Part shown: positions 29,426 to 38,366 of the stretch, piece after piece
Numbering within the stretch: the first letter of the stretch is position 1
Layout of the letters: every line of letters starts with the position of its first letter
NCBI GenBank assembly: GCA_041651395.1
Contig: JBAZJI010000001.1
Span: 89,169-153,168 of the forward strand
DNA: 64,000 bases
Direction: 5' to 3'
From: Minisyncoccota bacterium
GTDB lineage: Bacteria; Patescibacteriota; Minisyncoccia; Minisyncoccales; JAGOPM01
Translations under genes and position numbers: made by a program
Notes under the pieces: generated by a model
Database searches by the model: none
What the model saw: only the letters and a program-made list of their open reading frames with translations
What the model was told of the DNA's origin: nothing

Positions 29426-31882
29426 ATGTCTAAAAGCGAATTTAGCACCCTAAAGGCGCCTTTGCGAATGCCAGAAGAGTCATTTTTAGAAAAAATACTC
29501 AAAGTAATGGTTTGGCTTGGTGCGATTGGTTCATTTTTTATTCCTTGGATAATTGGCAACGGCGGTTTTTTCCCGTTTGTTGGGCCCAAGTCTTTGTGGT
29601 TCATCTTTGCGGCCCAATGGATGTTTTTCTCTTGGCTGGCTTTAGCCATAATAAATCCCAAATACCGGCCGACTAAAAATCCGATTTTGCTGGTATTACT
29701 TGTTTATGTCTTGGTAGTGGGTCTGGCTACAATATTTGGCGTTGATCCGGCCCGTTCCTTTTGGTCAAAATTTGAAAGAATGACCGGTTGTTTGATGATT
29801 ATTCACTGCGTGATGTATTTTATCGCGTTATCTTCTTTTTTCCGGACAAAAAAGCAATGGACAATACTTCTTTTAACTTCCGTTTTTCTTTCTTTGCTGA
29901 TGGGCTTTGCTTTCTTAGGATTCAAACATTCCGAAACATTGGTTTCTGCAATTACCGCGCAGGATCCCCAAATCCAGCAGCAGCAATTATTAACAAAATT
30001 GGGTTGGCCATGGGGAGATTTATATGCCGCCTATGTTAATGGCCAGAATGGCCTTTCGCTGGGGAATAAGTCATTTATGGGGACCTATCTAATGTTCAAT
30101 GCTTTTTTTGCCCTTTATCTTTTGATGGTAGCCATTTTTGATAAGGCGCGTTTAGGTTTGGAAAAAATTTCCAATAGCCAATTTTGGCGTAATTTTGTGA
30201 TTGGACTATCCGGTTCGACTTTGGCGATTTTGGTCCTAGTGTTAAAGATGGCCAATGCTAGGGCGATGTTCTATTCGTTTTTAGGCGGGGCGGCACTTTT
30301 TCTGATTTTTGCCTTCAGTAAAAAAGTGAATAAAAACATCGGTCGAATTTCTTTGGCTATTTTTGCCATATTGGCCCTGCTATTTTTGGTGTCTATAATT
30401 TATAAGGATTCTCCGATCAACAAGATTTACAATATTAATGAGGTTTTTGTTAAATCCGGCGGGGGAGCGCGGCTGGTAATTTGGCAGGATATGGTGCCGC
30501 AAATTTTGAAAAAGCCGATTTTAGGCTGGGGTCCGGAGAATTTTGAATTGGCTTTTTATCCTGTTTTTGATCCTAAGTTGTTTTTACCGGAAAACGGCGG
30601 TGAGATTTGGTTCGATCGTGCACACAATGTTTTTGTCGACAATGTCATTTCGACCGGCTTTTTGGGCTTGGCGGCTTATTTGGCTATTTTTGCCGTTGTA
30701 GTTTGGTTTTTGTATCGGGAGTCAAAAAAAGAAGAGGGGGATTATTGGGCTTTTGCGACCATGGTTCCTTTAATGGCGGCTTACTTTGTCCAAAATGCCA
30801 CGGTTTTCGACATGGTTTCTAGCTTTTTGGTTTTCTTTTTTGCTCTAGCTTTTATTACTTCTGCCAGAAAGTATGAAGAGAAAGATGTTGTTTTGCGTGA
30901 GGCTCCGATAAATAAACAGATTGGTTTGGTTTTGGTCGCGATAACTTTTATTTTGTTTTGCTTTGTTTTTGTTATTAAGGGTTTTGAAGCCAATGTTGGC
31001 GTAATTGATGTGATATTTTCTTACAGCGCCTATGATAATATGCCAACCTATTGCAAATTGGCTAATTTGAAGCGTTCGGTTTTGACGCCGGAGCAGGTTA
31101 GGTTTATGGCGGAGTTTAGAAAAACGGCCGAGAGCCTTATAAAAGTTTATGGGCCTTGCGACCAATACCAATATCGTAATAAGTTTGAAGATAAGGATTT
31201 TCAAGCCAGAAAAAAATATTTCTTAGAGAGTGTTTCGGCTGGGAGATACGGGATATATCAGAATCGCGACTTTTTAGCCGATATTTACATTACTAATATC
31301 AGCGGGTTTGATCGGACGGCAGTAGAGGCTGCCCTTAAGGATAAAGACCCAGTCATGATGAAAAATATTTTAACCGGCCTAAAAAATGAATGTGATTTTT
31401 GGATCGGAGAATTGCAAAAGAGTTCGCAAGAGTCGCCGCAAGACTATAGGGCATTTTTGAAACTGGGCTATTCGGCTGCTTTTTGCGCCAGAAATACGGG
31501 GCGTTCAGAATATTTGAATATCTCTAAGCAGGCCCTGCTTAAAGCTCAAGAAATATCTCCGAAAAACCCTAATACTTTTTGGTACATGTCGCAAGCACTT
31601 GTTTTTGAGGGTAAACGGGAAGAGGCCGCCAAATGGTTAAAGGATGCTTTAGCCTTAAATGATAGTGTAGTAATGTCTTATCAATATCTCATACAATTTT
31701 ACGCAATGGCTGGCGATTTTAATGCGGCGAAAGGATATGCCAATCAGGCGATCGCCAAGTTTGAAGAAAATGCCCAAAAATCAATTAACCGCAAAGAATA
31801 TTGGCTAACAGAAGGCGAAAAAATGAAGCAGGCTCTTCTGCAAATTGCGACCTCGACACCGGCTAAGGCTGTTAAAAACTGA
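29426..31882 (+). CDS. Wzy_C (O-antigen ligase/polymerase/O-oligosaccharyltransferase family) membrane protein with a C-terminal TPR-like domain
   Basis: About 12 TM segments and an external loop with FDRAHNVFVDN and GWGPENF motifs. The C-terminal ~270 aa are soluble and helical-repeat-like. Confidence 0.75.
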   Translation: MSKSEFSTLKAPLRMPEESFLEKILKVMVWLGAIGSFFIPWIIGNGGFFPFVGPKSLWFIFAAQWMFFSWLALAIINPKYRPTKNPILLVLLVYVLVVGLATIFGVDPARSFWSKFERMTGCLMIIHCVMYFIALSSFFRTKKQWTILLLTSVFLSLLMGFAFLGFKHSETLVSAITAQDPQIQQQQLLTKLGWPWGDLYAAYVNGQNGLSLGNKSFMGTYLMFNAFFALYLLMVAIFDKARLGLEKISNSQFWRNFVIGLSGSTLAILVLVLKMANARAMFYSFLGGAALFLIFAFSKKVNKNIGRISLAIFAILALLFLVSIIYKDSPINKIYNINEVFVKSGGGARLVIWQDMVPQILKKPILGWGPENFELAFYPVFDPKLFLPENGGEIWFDRAHNVFVDNVISTGFLGLAAYLAIFAVVVWFLYRESKKEEGDYWAFATMVPLMAAYFVQNATVFDMVSSFLVFFFALAFITSARKYEEKDVVLREAPINKQIGLVLVAITFILFCFVFVIKGFEANVGVIDVIFSYSAYDNMPTYCKLANLKRSVLTPEQVRFMAEFRKTAESLIKVYGPCDQYQYRNKFEDKDFQARKKYFLESVSAGRYGIYQNRDFLADIYITNISGFDRTAVEAALKDKDPVMMKNILTGLKNECDFWIGELQKSSQESPQDYRAFLKLGYSAAFCARNTGRSEYLNISKQALLKAQEISPKNPNTFWYMSQALVFEGKREEAAKWLKDALALNDSVVMSYQYLIQFYAMAGDFNAAKGYANQAIAKFEENAQKSINRKEYWLTEGEKMKQALLQIATSTPAKAVKN

Positions 31883-31956
31883 GACTTGACAAAAAGCCGG
31901 AAGTTGATATCGTAATAGTGTGAGTGGCCCTGAATAAGGGTAAGTTCAATTCTAGG

Positions 31957-31992
31957 ACAGCAGACCTTCCTCGAGCAAGGTCTGTTGTTTTA
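31957..31992 (+). terminator. Rho-independent terminator
   Basis: ACAGCAGACCTT (31957-31968) / AAGGTCTGTTGT (31977-31988, one G-U pair), followed by TTTAT. Confidence 0.75.
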
Positions 31993-32012
31993 TATTAAGA
32001 AAAGGCTATTTA

Positions 32013-32042
32013 TTGACTTGGGCGTAAAGTGCCTGCTACAAT
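32013..32042 (+). promoter_or_regulatory. Sigma70-type promoter upstream of murB
   Basis: TTGACT (32013-32018), 18-nt spacer, TACAAT (32037-32042). Confidence 0.6.
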
Positions 32043-32047
32043 AAATT

Positions 32048-32103
32048 GCTGGGGCTGGCACTCACATTAACTAGAATTGGAGTTTTAACCCCCCAGCATT
32101 TTT
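32048..32103 (+). promoter_or_regulatory. Terminator-like leader hairpin between the promoter and murB
   Basis: GCTGGGG (32048-32054) / CCCCAGC (32091-32097) enclosing a 36-nt loop, then ATTTTT. Confidence 0.4.
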
Positions 32104-32141
32104 AATTGGAAAAGAAAAGCATTATAATCCAGTCAAGTTTT

Positions 32142-33041
32142 ATGGCGGCAGAGATTAAACAATTATTGGCCAATGTTTCCGAATCCGAGCCTCTCGCCAA
32201 GCATTGCACCTACAAGATTGGCGGTAAAGCCCGCTACTTCATCAGTGTCAAAAACGAGGAAGAACTTTTAGGCGCAATTAAGGCCGCTCAAGGAGTAGGG
32301 CTGGTTTTTTATTTAATCGGTCAGGGCAGCAATATTTTATTCCCAGATGAGGGTTTGGGAGGGTTGGTTATCAAGTGCGAGGGCGTAAAAATTGATTTAG
32401 CTAGCAAGGAAGGAGATTTCGAGGAGTTGGAAATTTGGGCCGGCACCCCTTTGGCTTATGTTGTCAAATTATTTCAGGAAAGAAGTTTGACTGGTTTAGA
32501 ATGGGCCTCTGGGATACCCGGGACAGTGGGCGGGGCAGTATTTGGCAATGCCGGGTCTTATGTTACCGAAATGCAAGATCGGGTAGAAAGCGTTAAGGTC
32601 TTTGATATAAATAGCGCTGAGCTAAAAATTTTATCAAAACAAGAGTGTGCTTTCGCTTATCGGGAAAGTATTTTCAAAAAGGAAAAAAATTTGATTATTA
32701 TTAGCGTGCGCCTTAGAGCAGCTAAGGGCGAGGCAGAAAAAATTGCCAAGTCGGTAGATAAGTATTTGGCTGACCGCATGGCCAAACACCAATATGATTT
32801 CCCGACGGCTGGGAGTGTGTTTAAGAACCCGCCGGGAAATTTTGCTGGAGCATTAATTGAGCAATGTGGCTTGAAGGGCCGCGCAATAGGTGGAGCAGTG
32901 ATTTGGGATAGGCATGCCAATTTTATTATTAATAAAGATGCGGCCAGTGCCAAAGATGTTTTGGCTCTAGGTGAACTGGCTAAAAGCGAAGTCAAAAAGA
33001 AATTTGGTATCGAGTTGGAATACGAAAATATTATTTTCTAG
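32142..33041 (+). CDS. murB: UDP-N-acetylenolpyruvoylglucosamine reductase
   Basis: EPLAKHCTYKIGG, IGQGSNILF and GSVFKNP motifs. The ORF track starts at a TTG at 32106; the first ATG is 32142. Confidence 0.92.
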   Translation: MAAEIKQLLANVSESEPLAKHCTYKIGGKARYFISVKNEEELLGAIKAAQGVGLVFYLIGQGSNILFPDEGLGGLVIKCEGVKIDLASKEGDFEELEIWAGTPLAYVVKLFQERSLTGLEWASGIPGTVGGAVFGNAGSYVTEMQDRVESVKVFDINSAELKILSKQECAFAYRESIFKKEKNLIIISVRLRAAKGEAEKIAKSVDKYLADRMAKHQYDFPTAGSVFKNPPGNFAGALIEQCGLKGRAIGGAVIWDRHANFIINKDAASAKDVLALGELAKSEVKKKFGIELEYENIIF

Positions 33042-33043
33042 AG

Positions 33044-33070
33044 AATCACCAAGAATCGGTGATTTTTTTG
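33044..33070 (+). terminator. Rho-independent terminator
   Basis: AATCACC (33044-33050) / GGTGATT (33058-33064), then a T run. Confidence 0.85.
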
Positions 33071-33119
33071 CGGAAGCAAAATTATTTTTTTAATTTTGGG
33101 AAAAAATGTGGAAAAGTTT

Positions 33120-33148
33120 TTGACAAGTGTGCATTAAAATGCGAAAAT
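33120..33148 (+). promoter_or_regulatory. Candidate promoter of the poly-lysine sORF unit
   Basis: TTGACA (33120-33125), 17-nt spacer, GAAAAT (33143-33148). Confidence 0.45.
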
Positions 33149-33219
33149 TATTTGAGAAGTAATTTGTTGTGAGCAGCTTGGTCGCCTGCGGGTAACAAAT
33201 TAAAATTAATAAAAATATT

Positions 33220-33285
33220 ATGGCCAAAAAGAAAAAAGCCAAGAAGACCTCTAAGAAGAAAGCCGGTAAGAAAAAGAAACGCTAA
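33220..33285 (+). CDS. 21-aa poly-lysine small ORF (MAKKKKAKKTSKKKAGKKKKR)
   Basis: ATG to TAA, absent from the ORF track because of its length. It is flanked by its own promoter-like element and a strong terminator. 14 of 21 residues are Lys. Confidence 0.4.
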   Translation: MAKKKKAKKTSKKKAGKKKKR

Positions 33286-33301
33286 GGATCTTTGTTAAGG
33301 C

Positions 33302-33345
33302 AAAAACGGTCAGTACGTTTATCGGCACTGGCCGTTTTTGATTTT
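33302..33345 (+). terminator. Rho-independent terminator
   Basis: AAAAACGGTCAGT (33302-33314) / ACTGGCCGTTTTT (33327-33339, one G-U pair), then GATTTT. Confidence 0.8.
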
Positions 33346-33401
33346 ATAAACAAGACAAAAAATCACTGACCGTTTTGCATTTTGTCGGATTATTTTGCCC
33401 C

Positions 33402-33430
33402 TTGAAATGCTTATCGTCTTGTGTTATAAC
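33402..33430 (+). promoter_or_regulatory. Candidate secA promoter
   Basis: TTGAAA (33402-33407), 17-nt spacer, TG-extended TATAAC (33425-33430). Confidence 0.55.
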
Positions 33431-33492
33431 TTTTCAGATACGAAAAAATGTTTTCAGGCTAGTAAGTAGCGAGGATTAATTTTTTCCATAAC

Positions 33493-35982
33493 ATGAATTT
33501 TTTCACCAAGTTATTCGGGAATAAAAACGAAGAATTGGTTTCTAAAGTATTGCCGCTCGTAGAGCGGATAAACTCTCTTGAGAGTGGTTTAATCAAATTA
33601 AGCGATTTGGAGCTTAAAAATAAAACTCAGGAATTTCGTTCTCGGCTGAAAGACGGCCAGTCTCTTGATGAAATTTTGCCCGAGGCTTTTGCTGTAGTGC
33701 GCGAGACCTCCAAGAGAACACTCAAAAAACGGCATTTTGATTGTCAGCTAATCGGCGGCATTTTTTTGCATCGGGGCCATGTGGTAGAAATGAAAACCGG
33801 AGAAGGGAAGACTTTAACCGCTACCTTGGCTATGTATCTTAATGCCCTTGAAGGTAAGGGGGCGCATTTAGTGACAGTTAATGATTATTTGGCCAGACGT
33901 GATGCAGTTTGGATGGGGCAGATTTATAATTTTTTAGGTTTGACGGTTTCTTGCCTTAATAATGAGCAGACTTTTATTTACGATCCGGAGTATAAGAAAC
34001 CCGAAGAAAATAAGGAAAATCTCCGTGACGAATTAGGCGGGTTTTATGTAGTTGAGGATTATTTGCGCCCTTGCAGTAAAAAAGAAGCTTACGGTTGTGA
34101 TATTACCTATGGCACCAATAATGAGTTCGGTTTTGATTATCTGCGCGACAATATGATTTATGATTGCTCGGAAGCTTTGGCGCAAAATTTTAATTTTGCC
34201 ATCGTTGATGAAGTTGATTCTATTTTAATTGATGAGGCGCGCACGCCTTTGATAATCTCGGGAGTCTTACCGGAAGCCCCCGAGGGTTATTATAAATTTG
34301 CTAAAGTTGCCAAAGATTTAGTTAAGCCTTCCGATTACGAGATTGATGAAAAATCCAAGAGCCTAAAATTTACACAAAGCGGCGAAGATAATGTGACGAG
34401 GATTTTAGGATTTGATCCTTGGCAGGAAGTCGATTTTAAGACTATTCATCGTTTAGAAAATGCACTCAAGGCCAAAGAATTCCATCGTTTGGATCGGGAA
34501 TATGTTGTTCGTAATAATGAAATTGTCATTGTCGATGAATTTACGGGTCGGCTGATGCCGGGCCGCCGCTGGTCAGAGGGCCTACATCAGGCTATTGAGG
34601 CTAAGGAACATGTTTTCGGCAGCCCTTCGGTGGAAGTAAGACCGGAGAGTGTTACTTTGGCTACAGTTACTTTTCAAAATTTGTTCCGGAAATACAAAAA
34701 GCTTTCGGGCATGACGGGAACCGGCCAAACTTCGGCCGAGGAATTCGATAAAGTTTATAAAGTTGATGTCGTGAGTATTCCTACTAACCAGCCGGTTCAG
34801 CGCAAGGATGTTTCGGATAAGATTTTTAAGTCCGAGCAGGGGAAGCTAAAGGCCCTACTCAGAGAAATAAAAAATCGCCACGGAAAGAAACAACCGATAT
34901 TGGTCGGAACGCGTTCAATAGATAAGAGTGAGTATTTGGGCAAGATGTTGGAAGTGGAAGGTATAAGGCATCAAATTTTGAATGCCAAGAACCATGAAAA
35001 AGAGGCTCAAATTATCGCTCAAGCCGGCTCTCCGGGGGCTGTGACCATTGCTACCAATATGGCGGGCCGCGGTGTAGATATTATTTTGGGAGGCAACCCT
35101 CCCAAGGAAGAAGATGCAAAGACTGTCAAAGATTCCGGCGGTCTTTATGTTATTGGGACTGAGCGCCATGAGGCGCGGCGCATTGATAATCAGCTGCGCG
35201 GTCGCTCTGGGCGCCAAGGCGATCCGGGAGAGAGTTGCTTTTTCGTATCCTTGGAAGACGATTTAATGAGGATTTTTGGCGGGGAGGCGGTGAAGAATAT
35301 GATGGAGAGTCTGAAATTCCCCGAGGATGAACCGATCGAATCAAGCTTAATTTCGAAAAGTATCGAATCGGCCCAAAGCAAGGTAGAGGCTGCTAATTTT
35401 GATTCCCGCAAATATTTACTCGAATACGACGATGTGATGAATGCCCATCGGGAATATTTTTACCGCAAACGCCGCAAAACCGTGGAAGCGAACTTGGAGG
35501 ATTTAGTAAAAGATTTAATAGAGATTGGTGGTAAGGCTGGAGTAGATTCTAAAATTATAGATGAAAAAATATCCCAAATAGAGGAAAGTAAGCGCCTTTT
35601 TACCGTGCGCTTTGTGTATTTGAAAGTAATGGATTCTCTCTGGATTGAGCATTTGGAGACGATGCACCATTTGCGTGAATCAGTAGGTATTCGGGCTTTT
35701 GGTCAATTAGATCCAATAATCGAATATAAGAGGGAAGGCAAGCAGGCTTTTGATAGATTGGTCAATACCATGAGTGCCTCTATTTTAGATTCGTTTCTAG
35801 CTATTAAAACTGCCCTCAAGGAAGAGGAGGCCAAAACCGAGATGGAAGAGGCCAAAAATATTTTCCAGGGTTCCCCCGAGCCTAAAAAATTCAATAATAT
35901 AAAGGGTTTTGAGGGGGTAAATCGCAATGATCCTTGTCCTTGCGGTTCGGGCAAAAAATTTAAGAAGTGCCATGGGGCTTGA
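33493..35982 (+). CDS. secA: Preprotein translocase ATPase SecA
   Basis: 829 aa with MKTGEGKTL Walker A, the DEVDSILIDEARTPLIIS DEAD-like box, and a C-terminal zinc-binding CPCGSGKKFKKCHG. Confidence 0.97.
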   Translation: MNFFTKLFGNKNEELVSKVLPLVERINSLESGLIKLSDLELKNKTQEFRSRLKDGQSLDEILPEAFAVVRETSKRTLKKRHFDCQLIGGIFLHRGHVVEMKTGEGKTLTATLAMYLNALEGKGAHLVTVNDYLARRDAVWMGQIYNFLGLTVSCLNNEQTFIYDPEYKKPEENKENLRDELGGFYVVEDYLRPCSKKEAYGCDITYGTNNEFGFDYLRDNMIYDCSEALAQNFNFAIVDEVDSILIDEARTPLIISGVLPEAPEGYYKFAKVAKDLVKPSDYEIDEKSKSLKFTQSGEDNVTRILGFDPWQEVDFKTIHRLENALKAKEFHRLDREYVVRNNEIVIVDEFTGRLMPGRRWSEGLHQAIEAKEHVFGSPSVEVRPESVTLATVTFQNLFRKYKKLSGMTGTGQTSAEEFDKVYKVDVVSIPTNQPVQRKDVSDKIFKSEQGKLKALLREIKNRHGKKQPILVGTRSIDKSEYLGKMLEVEGIRHQILNAKNHEKEAQIIAQAGSPGAVTIATNMAGRGVDIILGGNPPKEEDAKTVKDSGGLYVIGTERHEARRIDNQLRGRSGRQGDPGESCFFVSLEDDLMRIFGGEAVKNMMESLKFPEDEPIESSLISKSIESAQSKVEAANFDSRKYLLEYDDVMNAHREYFYRKRRKTVEANLEDLVKDLIEIGGKAGVDSKIIDEKISQIEESKRLFTVRFVYLKVMDSLWIEHLETMHHLRESVGIRAFGQLDPIIEYKREGKQAFDRLVNTMSASILDSFLAIKTALKEEEAKTEMEEAKNIFQGSPEPKKFNNIKGFEGVNRNDPCPCGSGKKFKKCHGA

Positions 35983-36051
35983 TTGGCAAAATAAGCCAGA
36001 AGTTTAAGCCACTATTGACTTTTTAAGCATAATATGTAATTCTAAAACGCT

Positions 36052-37446
36052 ATGAATAAGAGACAAATAACCACTATTTTAACCCTTGTAATTGTTGCCA
36101 TATTTACCTTTTGGTCGTTTTTTGGCCTCAAGATTGCCAGATACGATTTGGGCTCCACTCGGCCGCAGAATTTAATGCAGGCGGCTTTTGGCAAAATGAA
36201 AATGGATGACTTGGGTTACCGTTTTGGCCTTGATTTGAAAGGCGGGACAGAGCTTTTATACCAAGCTAATATTCCGGCCGGCACTGCTTCGGATATGCGC
36301 AGTGAAAAAATGGAAGGATTAAAGAGTGTTATTGAAAAGAGAATTATTAATCGGACGTTAGGAACAAGTGAACCGGAAATTCAAATCCAAAAAGAGGGCG
36401 AGGCCTATCATTTGAGTGTAAAGATTGCCGGCTTAATGGATTCTGCTGCTGCCCAAGAAGAAATCGGTAAAATTCCGGTTTTGGAATTTAGGGAGCAAAG
36501 TCCGGAATATGAGAAGTTAACCGAAGGAAAAACCCAAGACCAGCTCGTAGAAGAAATGCTCAATGGCACTACTACTTTTGATATGCTTTATTCACCGACT
36601 CGTCTGAGCGGGCAATATCTTAAGAATTCTCGGGTTCAGATTGACCAGAATAGTAATGATCCCGTTGTATCTTTGGAATTTGATTCCGAGGGTGCAAAAA
36701 TTTTTGAAGAATTAACTGAGAAAAATAAAGGGAAAGTCTTGGCGATTTTTGTCGATGGCTCTCCCATTTCCACGCCCAGAGTTAAGGATAAAATTTCCGG
36801 GGGCAACGCCGTTATTTCCGGCAGCTTTGATATCGACTCCGCCAAAGAGCTTTCTCGCAACTTAAATGAGGGAGCTATTCCCGTCAAAGTCATAAAGCTT
36901 TCCGAAAAGACCGTGGGTGCTACTTTGGGCGAAAAATCTTTGCACGATGTGTTGTTTGCCGGTTTAATCGGATTTATTTTGGTTATACTTTTTATGTTGG
37001 TTTTCTACAGATTCCCGGGATTTTTGGCCTCTATCGCTTTGGGCGTTTACTTCTTGATGAACTTGGCCTATTTCAAATTTTGGCCGGGATTTACTTTGAC
37101 ATTGCCGGGTATCGGTGGATTTATTTTGACCATCGGTATGGCTGTGGATGCTAATATTTTGATTTTTGCCCGCATGAAGGAAGAATTAGCCCAGGGAAAG
37201 GATTTTCGCACTGCCATGGATGAAGGCTTTAAGCGCGCTTGGCCGGCTATTCGGGACGGTAATTTGACTACGATATTTTCCGGTATAATTTTAATTGGTT
37301 CGCAGGTGGCCTTTTTGGCGAGCTTTGGCGCTACCCTGACCGCGGGTGTTATTTTCAGCATGGTTTCCGCTTTGTTTGTGACGAGAGCTTTAATGGAAGT
37401 GGCCTGCGACATGGGGCTGGATAAAGTAAAATGGCTTTGGAAATAA
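36052..37446 (+). CDS. secD: Protein-export membrane protein SecD
   Basis: N-terminal TM, large periplasmic domain (LDLKGGTELLYQ), and a C-terminal 5-TM bundle. Adjacent to secF. Confidence 0.9.
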   Translation: MNKRQITTILTLVIVAIFTFWSFFGLKIARYDLGSTRPQNLMQAAFGKMKMDDLGYRFGLDLKGGTELLYQANIPAGTASDMRSEKMEGLKSVIEKRIINRTLGTSEPEIQIQKEGEAYHLSVKIAGLMDSAAAQEEIGKIPVLEFREQSPEYEKLTEGKTQDQLVEEMLNGTTTFDMLYSPTRLSGQYLKNSRVQIDQNSNDPVVSLEFDSEGAKIFEELTEKNKGKVLAIFVDGSPISTPRVKDKISGGNAVISGSFDIDSAKELSRNLNEGAIPVKVIKLSEKTVGATLGEKSLHDVLFAGLIGFILVILFMLVFYRFPGFLASIALGVYFLMNLAYFKFWPGFTLTLPGIGGFILTIGMAVDANILIFARMKEELAQGKDFRTAMDEGFKRAWPAIRDGNLTTIFSGIILIGSQVAFLASFGATLTAGVIFSMVSALFVTRALMEVACDMGLDKVKWLWK

Positions 37447-37447
37447 T

Positions 37448-38362
37448 ATGAATTTTAATTTCTTGAAACTCAAAAATATCTTCTTCGCCATCTCGGGTGC
37501 GGCTGTCATCGTTTCCATCGTTTTATTTTCGATGTGGGGCTTAAATTACAGCATTGAATTTAGCCCGGGCAGTGTTTTGAAAGTAGAATTTCAAAATCAG
37601 CGGCCGGAGAATGCTAAGATTACCCAAGCTCTGGAATCATTCAAACTTAACGAGCAGATGCGCTTGATCGGGGATAAGGGAGTGGAGATTTCTTATAAGG
37701 GAATGAAAAATGAGGCGGAAAAAGTTGCCATCAAAGAATCTCTAAATAAAGTTGCCGCTATTGATGAAGGAAAGACCTATATTGAAGAAATCGATCCTAT
37801 TGTGGGCAATATTATTACCAATAAAACCATTTGGGCAATCGTTATCTCTATAATTGTGGCTATTGCTTTTATTGCCATGTCATTTCGCGGCGTGTCTCGG
37901 TATATTAATTCCTGGTATTACGGAATCGCGGCCGCTTTGGCTTTGTGCCACGATGTTATTATTCCTATCGGAATTATGAGTTATTTAGGACATTTTTATA
38001 ATGTTCAATTCGGTTTGCCGATTGTGGCGGCTTTGTTGACTATCTTTGGTTACTCTATTAACGATACGATTATTGTTTACGACCGGATAAGGGAAAATCT
38101 TTTGCGCAAGCCCGGCTCAACTATTGAAGAAACAATGAATCGTTCCATTAACGAAACTTGGTGGAGATCTTTAGCGACCACGCTTACCACCATGCTTCCT
38201 CTGATTGTTTTATACACCCAAGGCGGCGACGAATTGCGCTATTTTTCTTTGATTCTTTTAGTGGGAATATTTTTAGGGGCATATTCCTCCATTTTTATTG
38301 CCAGCCCCCTACTTCTCTTTGTGGCCAAGCAAGGAGGTGCTATAACAAAAAATAAAAAATAA
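37448..38362 (+). CDS. secF: Protein-export membrane protein SecF
   Basis: 304 aa with the FGYSINDTIIVYDRIREN motif. Starts 2 nt after secD. Confidence 0.9.
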   Translation: MNFNFLKLKNIFFAISGAAVIVSIVLFSMWGLNYSIEFSPGSVLKVEFQNQRPENAKITQALESFKLNEQMRLIGDKGVEISYKGMKNEAEKVAIKESLNKVAAIDEGKTYIEEIDPIVGNIITNKTIWAIVISIIVAIAFIAMSFRGVSRYINSWYYGIAAALALCHDVIIPIGIMSYLGHFYNVQFGLPIVAALLTIFGYSINDTIIVYDRIRENLLRKPGSTIEETMNRSINETWWRSLATTLTTMLPLIVLYTQGGDELRYFSLILLVGIFLGAYSSIFIASPLLLFVAKQGGAITKNKK

Positions 38363-38366
38363 AGCC

